Shown here one piece after another: positions 56,087-64,000 of a DNA stretch of 64,000 nt (within the stretch, counting starts at the first letter, position 1; every line of letters begins with the position of its first letter). The position numbers and the translations under genes are program-made. Origin of the DNA: Spirochaetia bacterium. Its GTDB lineage: Bacteria; Spirochaetota; Spirochaetia; SZUA-6; Bin103. The notes under the pieces were generated by a model. The model was not told where the DNA came from. It made no database searches and was given only the letters and a program-made list of their open reading frames with translations. The stretch is taken from the NCBI GenBank assembly GCA_965203905.1, contig CBDBDQ010000005.1, positions 4,864,001 to 4,928,000 of the forward strand, read 5' to 3'.

Positions 56087-56569
56087 TTGAAGCGGACAAT
56101 ATAGCCGCTACGTCCGTGGCGTTTGCCAGAAAATGAATGGGCTCCGTGTCGAGAGGGCGTGTGCACCAATCGTCGGACGGAGCGACACGCATCGCAAGCG
56201 ACAGTTTACGAGGTTGGTCACAGGTTGGTCACTGACCAACTGTTGGCTCACGAGCAGCTTGGTCACTCCTTATCCCGAGGTTGGTCACTGCCCCGGCGCC
56301 GGCGAGGTGAGGATCGCAGGTCTGGCTGTGACCCGAAGGCGTCGGCCAGTGTCTTGCGCTGGTCGGTGTTGAGCAGTTCGCGCGGGCTGAGTTCCAGCAC
56401 CACGGTCTTGGCCCCGGATGGATCGCCGTCGCCTCGCGGAGCAGATCTTCGTCGAGGTAGATGGATCTTCATGAAGAGATGGTGGCCCGGAAGAGTGGGG
56501 TTGCTCAATGCGCCCTTTGGGTTGGCCTCGGTCGGTACGGGCGCAGCCTCCCGCCCCGACCGATTGTTC
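56087..56569 (+). repeat. ~470-bp direct repeat, copy 2
   Basis: Matches 53547-54017; carries an extra tandem AGGTTGGTCAC at 56211-56232. Confidence 0.88.
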
Positions 56570-56660
56570 GCTTGCCCGGCGGGGGCGGTTGGGGTTAGGC
56601 TGCGCCGGCAATTCGACGGGCAGGGCCGGGGCCGGTCCGCCCATGTGAAAAGGAGTAGCT

Positions 56661-58577
56661 ATGAGGATTACCGCGATGCGGACGGGGTTGCTGGCGTTGG
56701 TGCTGGCGGTGCTGGCCGGGGGCGCCGGGTGGGCGCAGATGTACAACGAGGCGCCGATGCTGGCGGCGATGGTGGCGGCGGGCGAGCTGCCGCCGGTGGA
56801 CGAGCGGCTGCCGAGCAACCCGCTGGTGGTGGAGCCGTTCGACTCGATCGGCACCTACGGCGGCACGGTACGGATGATGGACGTGTCGGACCGCATGTCG
56901 ATCGGCCTGCGGGTGCGCCACACCGGGCTGTTCCGGTACAACCAGACCGCCAGCCAGTTCGAGCCGGACCTGGCCGAGAGCCACGCCTGGTCGAACAACA
57001 ACCGCACCCTCACCCTGAAGCTGCGCGACGGGCTGCGCTGGTCGGACGGCGAGCCGTTCACCACCGCCGACCTGATGTTCAAGTGGGAGCACGAGATCAT
57101 CAACGAGGAGATCCACCCGCGCGGCATCGATCCGTTCTGGACCCTGGGCGGCGAGCGCGCCGTGTGGGAGCCGCTCGACGACACTACGCTGCGCATCACC
57201 TGGGCAGCCCCCAACCCGGTGGCCATGGACCGCTTCGGGCGCACCCACTTCTCCGGCGACAACTCGCTGTTCCTGCCGGCCCACTACCTGGAGCAGTTCC
57301 ACGCCGACTTCAACGACGACGCGGCTTCTCTGGCCGCCGAGCTCGGCTTCGAGGACTGGATCAAGATGTTCAACGACCGCCGCGCGCAGGGCTACAACCA
57401 GTCCGCGGTGACCGTCGGGCGCCCCTACATGGACTTCCACGTGCCGGAGGTGGTGGAGAGCAACCGCGTGCTGCTGGTGCGCAATCCCTACTATCACCAC
57501 GTCGACACGGCCAACAACCAGTTGCCCTACGTCGACCGCCTGGAGATTACCCACGTCGGCGACAAGCAGCTCTACGACCTGAAGGCTTCGGCCGGCGAGG
57601 CGGACTTCGTGGCCTACTACACCGGCGCACCGAGCCTGCCCACCTACAAGGCGGGCGAGGCGCAGGGCGACTACCAGACCGTGATCGCGCAGTCGCTGCG
57701 CACCGCCGAGCTGGTGATGTTCATCAACATGAACTACCCGGATCCGCTGCTCAACGAGCTGTTCAACGACCGCGATTTCCGCATCGCCCTGTCGGTGGCG
57801 CTGAACCGCGACCAGATGAACGAGATCGTGTTCTTCGGCCTCGGCGACCCACACCCGGCCACGCCGCTGAACACCATGGAGTTCTTTGACCGAGCCTGGT
57901 ACAACGACAACCTGGCCTACGATCCGGACCGCGCCAACCGGCTGCTCGACGCTGCCGGACTCGACCAGCGCGACGCCGACGGCTTCCGGGTGCGCCCGGA
58001 CGACGGCAAGCGCCTGAACCTGGTAATCGAGATCGGCGTGCTGGAGGGGCCGAAGCAGGCGATCTGCGAGCTGATCTCCAACGACTGGCGCCAGGTCGGC
58101 ATCGAGGGCGCCTGCAAGCTGGTGGACGGCGCCCTGCAGAGCGAGCGCCTGGACGCCAACGAGACCGCCATCACCGCCTGGCACCTGGGCCGCACCACGC
58201 TGCTCGGGCGCGGCACGCCGGACCAGTTCGCGTTCGAGCGCTGCGGCGCCAACAACTGGGGCCGGCAGTGGTGCTTCTGGTTCGTGTCGGGCGGCCAGAG
58301 CGGCACCGAGCCCCCGGCCGAGATCAAGGCGCTGAACGAGCGCTGGCAGGCGTTCAAGCAGGCCGCCACCGGCACCCCCGACGCGGCGCGGCTGGGCAAG
58401 GCGTACTTCGCCTTCTTCGCCGACGAGTTGCCGATGATCCCGACCATCGGGCTGGCCCCGCATCCGGTAATCATCCACAACCGCCTGAAGAACGTGCCCG
58501 CCGACAACATCTTCTGGGGCTCCGACACCAACTTCTACGCCCCCTACAAGCCGGAGCAATGGTATATCGCGGAGTAG
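56661..58577 (+). CDS. Peptide/nickel-type (family 5) ABC substrate-binding protein
   Basis: AGGAG RBS; EAPMLAAMVAAGELPPVDERLP, LRDGLRWSDGEPFTTAD, RNPYY..VD...NQLPY.D. Confidence 0.92.
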   Translation: MRITAMRTGLLALVLAVLAGGAGWAQMYNEAPMLAAMVAAGELPPVDERLPSNPLVVEPFDSIGTYGGTVRMMDVSDRMSIGLRVRHTGLFRYNQTASQFEPDLAESHAWSNNNRTLTLKLRDGLRWSDGEPFTTADLMFKWEHEIINEEIHPRGIDPFWTLGGERAVWEPLDDTTLRITWAAPNPVAMDRFGRTHFSGDNSLFLPAHYLEQFHADFNDDAASLAAELGFEDWIKMFNDRRAQGYNQSAVTVGRPYMDFHVPEVVESNRVLLVRNPYYHHVDTANNQLPYVDRLEITHVGDKQLYDLKASAGEADFVAYYTGAPSLPTYKAGEAQGDYQTVIAQSLRTAELVMFINMNYPDPLLNELFNDRDFRIALSVALNRDQMNEIVFFGLGDPHPATPLNTMEFFDRAWYNDNLAYDPDRANRLLDAAGLDQRDADGFRVRPDDGKRLNLVIEIGVLEGPKQAICELISNDWRQVGIEGACKLVDGALQSERLDANETAITAWHLGRTTLLGRGTPDQFAFERCGANNWGRQWCFWFVSGGQSGTEPPAEIKALNERWQAFKQAATGTPDAARLGKAYFAFFADELPMIPTIGLAPHPVIIHNRLKNVPADNIFWGSDTNFYAPYKPEQWYIAE

Positions 58578-58592
58578 CGACTCTCTGACACG

Positions 58593-58627
58593 GGAGAATG
58601 GGCGGCGCGCGACGCCGTCCATTCTCC
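58593..58627 (+). terminator. Intercistronic stem-loop after the binding-protein gene
   Basis: GGAGAATGGGCGGCG-CGCGA-CGCCGTCCATTCTCC 15-bp stem with one G:U. Confidence 0.6.
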
Positions 58628-58644
58628 GCTCGTGCGCCGGCTAA

Positions 58645-59640
58645 GTGAACTACACCTCCTACCTGGTCCGCCGCCTGCTCTACATGGTCGTCACCGTGGT
58701 GGCGATCAGCGCGGCGATCTTCGTGGTGATCCAACTGCCGCCGGGCGACGCCGTGGACGCCATCGTGGCCGAGCGCGAGGCGCAAGGTGACGTGGTCACG
58801 GACGAGGACGAGCGCGAGCTGCGCAGCCTGTACGGCCTGGACCGGCCGATGGTGGTGCAGTACGGCGACTGGGTGATCCGGTTCCTGACCGGCAACATGG
58901 GGCGCTCGATCCGCGGCCTGCCGGTGAGCGGCCTGATTACCGAACGGCTCGGCGCCACCGTGATGCTGTCGCTGGTCAGCATCCTGTTCACCTACCTGGT
59001 GGCGATCCCGATCGGCATCTACAGCGCCACCCACCAGTACAGCTTCAGCGACTACGCGCTCACCACGTTCGGCTTCATGGGCCTGGCGACGCCCAACTTC
59101 CTGCTGGCGCTGATCCTGCTGTACCTGTTCTACCGCTTCTTCGGGCTCAGCATCGGCGGCTTCTACTCGCCGGGCATGGAGGAGCAGCCGTGGAGCCCGG
59201 CCAAGCTGCTCGACCTGATCGGCCACCTGTGGATACCGGTGGTCGTGATCGGCACCGCGGCGACCGCCGGCACCATCCGGGTGATGCGCGCCACGGTGCT
59301 CGACGAGCTGGGCAAGCAGTACGTGATCACGGCGCAGGCCAAGGGCCTTGCGTGGCGCCCGCTGCTGATGAAGTACCCGGTGCGGCTGGCGCTGAACCCG
59401 ATCGTGAGCACGGTGGGCGGCATCCTGCCGGAGCTGATCGCCGGCCAGACCATCGTCGCCATCGTGCTGAACCTGCCGACGCTCGGCCCGCTGCTGTTCA
59501 CGGCGCTGCGCTCGCAGGACATCAACCTGGCGGCGAGCGTGCTGATGATGCAGAGCGTGCTGGCCGTGATCGGCGTGCTGGTGTCCGACGTCCTGCTGGT
59601 GGTGGTGGACCCGCGCATCCGCTTCGAGAAGGGCGGCTGA
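58645..59640 (+). CDS. OppB/DppB-like ABC permease
   Basis: YLVRRLL..IQLPPGD, YGLDRP, YVITAQAKGL, DPRIR. Confidence 0.92.
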   Translation: MNYTSYLVRRLLYMVVTVVAISAAIFVVIQLPPGDAVDAIVAEREAQGDVVTDEDERELRSLYGLDRPMVVQYGDWVIRFLTGNMGRSIRGLPVSGLITERLGATVMLSLVSILFTYLVAIPIGIYSATHQYSFSDYALTTFGFMGLATPNFLLALILLYLFYRFFGLSIGGFYSPGMEEQPWSPAKLLDLIGHLWIPVVVIGTAATAGTIRVMRATVLDELGKQYVITAQAKGLAWRPLLMKYPVRLALNPIVSTVGGILPELIAGQTIVAIVLNLPTLGPLLFTALRSQDINLAASVLMMQSVLAVIGVLVSDVLLVVVDPRIRFEKGG

Positions 59641-59641
59641 G

Positions 59642-60814
59642 ATGGATCGATCCGGGCAGGCGGATGAGCGTGCCGCAACCGCCGCAGCGGTGACCGATAC
59701 CGCTCCCGAGACCAGCGCCGAGGAACGCTACTTCATCGCTTCGCAGCGCCAGTTGATGTGGCGCAAGTTCAAGAAGCACCGCCTGGCCGTGGTCTCGGGC
59801 GTGATCCTGGTAATCGCCTACCTGGCCGCGTTTGCGTTCGAGTTCTGCGCGCCCTACGGTCCGCTGACCCAGCACGAGGGGTTCGTGAACGCGCCGCCGA
59901 CGCGCATCCGCCTGTTCGACCCCGACGGCCGCCTGCGCGCGCCGTTCGTGTACGGGCTCAGCGGCAAGGTGAACATGGAGACCTTTCAGCGCGAGTTCGT
60001 GGAGGACACCGCGATCATCCATCCGCTGCGCTTCTTCGCGCCCGGCGAGGGGTACCGCTTCTGGGGCAGCTTCGACGCCAGCCGCCACCTGTTCGACGCC
60101 GGCGAGGGGCGCATCTTCCTGCTCGGCACCGACGCCCTCGGCCGCGACGTGTTCTCGCGCGTCATGGCCGGCAGCCGCATCAGCCTGACCATCGGCCTGA
60201 TCGGGGTGCTGATCAGCTTCGTGCTCGGTTGCATCCTGGGCGGCGTGTCCGGCTACTTCGGCGGCGTGCCCGACCTGGTGATCCAGCGCGTCATCGAGTT
60301 CCTGGGGGCGATTCCGAACATCCCGCTGTGGATGGCGCTGACCGCGGTGATCCCGGTCAACTGGCCGGTGATTCGCGTCTACTTCGCCATCACCATTATC
60401 CTGAGCGTGCTGAACTGGACCGGCCTGTCGCGGGTGGTGCGCGGCAAGCTGCTGGAGCTGCGCGAGTACGACTACGTGACCGCCGCCAAGCTGGCCGGCT
60501 CGCGTACCGGGGCGATCATCACCACCCACCTGCTGCCCGGCTTCCTGAGCTACCTGATCGTGCGCCTGACGCTGGCGATTCCGGGCATGATCCTGGGCGA
60601 GACGGCGCTGAGCTTCCTGGGACTGGGCATCCAGCCGCCGGCGGTGAGCTGGGGCACGCTGCTGCAGGGGGCGCAGAACGTGACCAATATCGCCATCTAT
60701 CCGTGGCTGCTGACGCCGGCCCTGTTCGTGGTGGCCACGGTGCTGCTCTACAATTTCGTCGGCGACGGGTTGCGCGATGCCGCCGATCCCTACGCCATGA
60801 GCGGCAGGGGGTAG
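59642..60814 (+). CDS. OppC/DppC-like ABC permease
   Basis: WRKFKKHRLA, LGTDALGRDVFSR, GETALSFLGLG, GDGLRDAADP. Confidence 0.92.
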   Translation: MDRSGQADERAATAAAVTDTAPETSAEERYFIASQRQLMWRKFKKHRLAVVSGVILVIAYLAAFAFEFCAPYGPLTQHEGFVNAPPTRIRLFDPDGRLRAPFVYGLSGKVNMETFQREFVEDTAIIHPLRFFAPGEGYRFWGSFDASRHLFDAGEGRIFLLGTDALGRDVFSRVMAGSRISLTIGLIGVLISFVLGCILGGVSGYFGGVPDLVIQRVIEFLGAIPNIPLWMALTAVIPVNWPVIRVYFAITIILSVLNWTGLSRVVRGKLLELREYDYVTAAKLAGSRTGAIITTHLLPGFLSYLIVRLTLAIPGMILGETALSFLGLGIQPPAVSWGTLLQGAQNVTNIAIYPWLLTPALFVVATVLLYNFVGDGLRDAADPYAMSGRG

Positions 60815-60967
60815 GGGAGTTGAGGCACCTCAGCTCCAAATGGCCGCCGCGACCTCTGGTGGCTCAGAGGTTCTTCATGCAAGGCATCAACCTCGCGGGT
60901 GCACGGAAAGCGTAGATTGGCGCGTGCAACGCCAGGGGCCACCAGATAGTGCCGGCGCGCCCCTCGG

Positions 60968-62415
60968 TCACTGGAGCGGCACTTCCACCAGCACTACGGT
61001 GGCCGGGGGCAACTCAATCGGTGACAGGGGTGACTCGGGCACTTCGGACCACACCGCGCGCACTCGATCCGGGGCCTCGAAGGTGTTGTGGTCGTGCGGG
61101 TCTGCAGCCTGCAACACCGCCATCTTCGCCGAGTCGCCGAACGCGGCCCCGCCGTGCAACCCAAGCCGGACCTGGGCCGATTCCCCGTACCTCAGGTTTG
61201 CAAACGTGATGGTCAGGGCGCGGCCCCGGAGCGACGCCGAGCAGGAAAGCGACGGGACCTCCGCCGAGTTTCCGTTCTCGTCCGTGTACTCGATCTCCTC
61301 GGCATCGCAGAGGGTCCTCACCGCGGCGGCGCCCTGGTGGCCCTTGAACATATGGTACACGTCATAGTTGGGCGTTCTCAGGCACCGATCGCCTGCGGCG
61401 AGGAAGAGCGAGTGGAGATTGTTCACGAGCTGGGCGATGTTGGTCATGACGACCTTGTCACAGTGATTGTTGAAGATGTTGAGAGTGAGCGCGGCCACGA
61501 TGGCGTCCCGCATCGTGCTTTGTTGCTCGAACAGGTTGCCTCCTCTTGACGGCCCTGATCCATCGGGATGCCAGCATCCCCATTCATCGATGATGAGCCC
61601 GATAGCCCGCTCGGGATCGTGGAGGTCCATCGCGGACCGTTGTTGTACCACCAGCCTCTCCATCAGCGCCGCCTTGGCGAGGAGCTGGTACCACTGGTCG
61701 GTATCGAACTGAAGGGCGCTACCGGCAGTGCCGCAGTAGTAGGGCGGCAAATCCCTGAAAAAACGCGGGAAGGTCCTCGATTCTGTCTCGCATCTTTTCG
61801 AAGAATCGAATCGTCCAGTCCAGGTCGTTGCCGCTCGGGCCGCAGGCGATGTACTGCCGGTCGCGACCGCCGGCGTTCGCGGCCACCGTCGTGGATCTTC
61901 TGAATATTCCCGCGTAATCCTCGGGTGTCATGTTCCCGCCGCCGCCCCAGTTCTCGTCGCCGATTCCCTAGTAGGTCACGTCGAACGGCTCGGTGTCTCC
62001 GTGCTGTGCTCGCAGGTCCGCGAGAGAGGTGGACTCGCTCGGGAATGTGCAGTACTCGATCCAGTTCCGAATCTCCAGGGGAGAGGTCGAGGTCGCGTTG
62101 GCGGCAAAGTAGGGCTCGGCGCCCACCATGCGGCAGAAGTCGGCGAACTCGTGCGTGCCGACGGCGTTGGATTCGAGGCGGCCGTCCGAGCCGTACCACC
62201 AGTTCACCGTCGTCGGCCGCCGGTCCACGGGACCAATCCCGTCGCGCCAGTCATACGTCTCCGCAAAGCAACCACCGGGCCAGCGGATCACAGGCGCACC
62301 AAGACGCCGAAGGTCGTCGACGATAGCTTTGCGAAAGCCACGGACGTTCTCTACCGGCGAGTCCTTTCCCACCCAGATTCCGTCGTAGATGACCCCGCCG
62401 ATGTGCTCGGCAAGA
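60968..62415 (-). pseudogene. Alpha-L-arabinofuranosidase (GH51) pseudogene
   Basis: AEHIGGVIYDGIWVG, RWPGGCFAE.YDWRDGIGP, Y*GIGDENWGGGGNM (TAG at 61968-61970), frameshift near 61740, DEWGCWH, MTNIAQLVNNLHS; N-terminus missing. Confidence 0.88.
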
Positions 62416-62724
62416 CCCGCACCTGATCCGCGGCTTCTCATGCCACGACCTACGTGAGCGTACGGTCAGCGAAGGGTTCGCGGTGGGCCAAGCGCCTGAA
62501 AAAAGTCGAGAAAATCGCTGGGTGCGGGCCTGAGGGGGTTGACATGGTTTTTTGGCGCGTGATCGGGCCACGTCCCCGACCCTGCCCATTCCGCTCGCGT
62601 TTCCGCCCTCAGCGCGCGCTCTCGGCCGGCCGCGTCCGGGTTTGGCCCGCAAAGCCCAAATCGGACGATCGGCTCGTCCACGGGCCGGCATGGGGGCACC
62701 GGATAACGGGTGTACCATGGCGGC

Positions 62725-64000
62725 ATGCCACCTGACACCAGTACGCTGCCGCCGACGCCGGCAGCGCGGCCTGAAGCGGCGACCACCGCGCCAGCCGCGA
62801 CCGCGGCCACCCCCGCTCTGATGGCGCCCGGCGCGAGCGAGACTGCGACGCTCGCCGTTGCCGACAGCGGAGCGCCGCCGGCCCCGGAGGCGCCGCCCGA
62901 CCTGGATCGGCTCGGTAACCGCATCGCCGAGCTGTCGGCACGCATCCAGGCTGCCACCTACGAGCTGCTCTGTTACCTGCGCGTGTTCGACCGCCACCAT
63001 GGCTGGGAGGGCTTTCGTTCCTGCGCCCACTGGCTCAACTGGCGCACCGGCCTCGATCTCGGCGCCGCCCGCGAGAAGCTGCGCGTCGCCGCCGCCTTGG
63101 CCGATCTCAACCACCTCTCCGCGGGCATGGCCTGCGGCCGGCTTTCCTACTCCGTCGTACGTGCCATCACGCGAGTGGCCACCCCCGACAACGAGGCGTG
63201 CCTGGTCGCCATTGCCTGCTGCGCCACCGGGGCACAGGTGGAACGGCTGGTGCGGGCGTGGCGGCAGGCGGATGAGGACGCGCAGCCGGACGCCGAGCAG
63301 GTGCGGCTGGCGCGGCGCACGCTGAGCACGCGGATGGACGAGGACGGCATGGTGGTGCTGCGGGCGCGGCTTACGCCTGAGGTAGGCGCGGTAGTGCTGC
63401 GTGCCCTGGAGGCGGCCCTGGAGCAGGTGCCGGCGGCGGCGCAAGACGCGGCGAGCATCGCGCAGCGGCGCGCAGATGCGCTGGGGCTGGTGGCCGAGAG
63501 CGCGCTGGCGGGCGGGCTCGACCCCGGCAGCACCGGCGACCGCTACCAGGTGACGGTCCACGTGGAGGCTGATGGGCTTTCCTGCCAAGAGGTCGCCGCG
63601 GTCCCGCGGCACGTTTCCGCGGAAATTGCGCCAGGCAACGAGCCGGCCTTGGAACCGGCGGCAGCGTCACTGGACGGCGTGGCGGACCAGGTGTCCATCG
63701 AGCACGCGGACGATCTATCGGTCACCGAGGCAACGCACGACCGCGACCGGGCGGTCCCGATGCCTGGCTCCGATGCTGGGCAGGCGGTGATCGAACAAGC
63801 AGGAGGCATCCACATCGGCAAGGAGGCAGCGCGCCGGGTCGCCTGCGATGCCGGCCTCGTGGAGCTGCGCCACGCCGGCGACGGCGAGGTGCTCGACGTC
63901 GGCCGCAGGACCCGCACCATCCCGACCGCGCTGCGCCGTGCCCTGCAGAGCAGAGATCGCAACCAGTGTCAGTTCCCCGGCTGCAGTTCGCGCCACTGCG
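62725..64000 (+). CDS. DUF222 + HNH endonuclease protein (13E12-like), truncated by the window end
   Basis: Open frame from ATG 62725, absent from the ORF track: LDRLGNRIAEL...GWEGFRSCAHWLNWRTG...RRADAL...ARRVACDA...LDVGRRTRTIPTALRRALQSRDRNQCQFPGC. Confidence 0.85.
   Translation, partial: MPPDTSTLPPTPAARPEAATTAPAATAATPALMAPGASETATLAVADSGAPPAPEAPPDLDRLGNRIAELSARIQAATYELLCYLRVFDRHHGWEGFRSCAHWLNWRTGLDLGAAREKLRVAAALADLNHLSAGMACGRLSYSVVRAITRVATPDNEACLVAIACCATGAQVERLVRAWRQADEDAQPDAEQVRLARRTLSTRMDEDGMVVLRARLTPEVGAVVLRALEAALEQVPAAAQDAASIAQRRADALGLVAESALAGGLDPGSTGDRYQVTVHVEADGLSCQEVAAVPRHVSAEIAPGNEPALEPAAASLDGVADQVSIEHADDLSVTEATHDRDRAVPMPGSDAGQAVIEQAGGIHIGKEAARRVACDAGLVELRHAGDGEVLDVGRRTRTIPTALRRALQSRDRNQCQFPGCSSRHC

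Noticed and set aside
39048-56290. TTGGTCAC repeats as a CRISPR array or as the BREX methylation site
   Set aside because: The repeats are only 8-15 bp with unequal spacers and no cas genes; BREX targets are short dispersed non-palindromic motifs and cannot be inferred from clusters.
23796-61970. Several in-frame TAG codons in GH2, vapC, the PIN remnant and GH51 suggesting amber recoding
   Set aside because: They replace different expected residues (Q, W, E, W), most co-occur with frameshifts, and many intact genes end in TAG; ordinary pseudogenisation explains them.
1-64000. tRNA, rRNA, IS transposase or integrase genes
   Set aside because: None recognised in the sequence.

Overview
High-GC bacterial window. 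The signal peptides ending in xAxG and the LplA-type ABC clusters suggest a Spirochaetota genome (inference). Four zones: (1) 1-22 kb is catabolic, with three carbohydrate ABC transporter sets lacking an ATPase, zwf, four Cys-type sulfatases, a PhyH dioxygenase and NIPSNAP. (2) 22-31.8 kb is a decaying, rearranged tract with a GH2 pseudogene, partial duplications and about six toxin-antitoxin modules whose toxins are often broken. (3) 32-53.6 kb is a complete type 3 BREX locus (brxF-brxC-pglXI-brxHII-pglZ-brxA) with three internal cargo slots. The most striking cargo is a large UG/Abi-like reverse transcriptase with a non-canonical FADE motif, followed by a separate nitrilase-domain gene. Both are chained to pglXI by 4-nt start/stop overlaps. 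The other slots hold a DUF4062 + AlbA/HATPase pair and an ArdC-like ssDNA-binding/zincin gene. TTGGTCAC box arrays with conserved spacing sit before pglXI and after brxA, and 470-bp direct repeats flank a HigBA-like cargo. (4) 56.6-64 kb holds a peptide-type ABC transporter, a GH51 pseudogene and a DUF222/HNH gene that runs off the window end. All family calls come from motif recognition by eye; no database searches were run.
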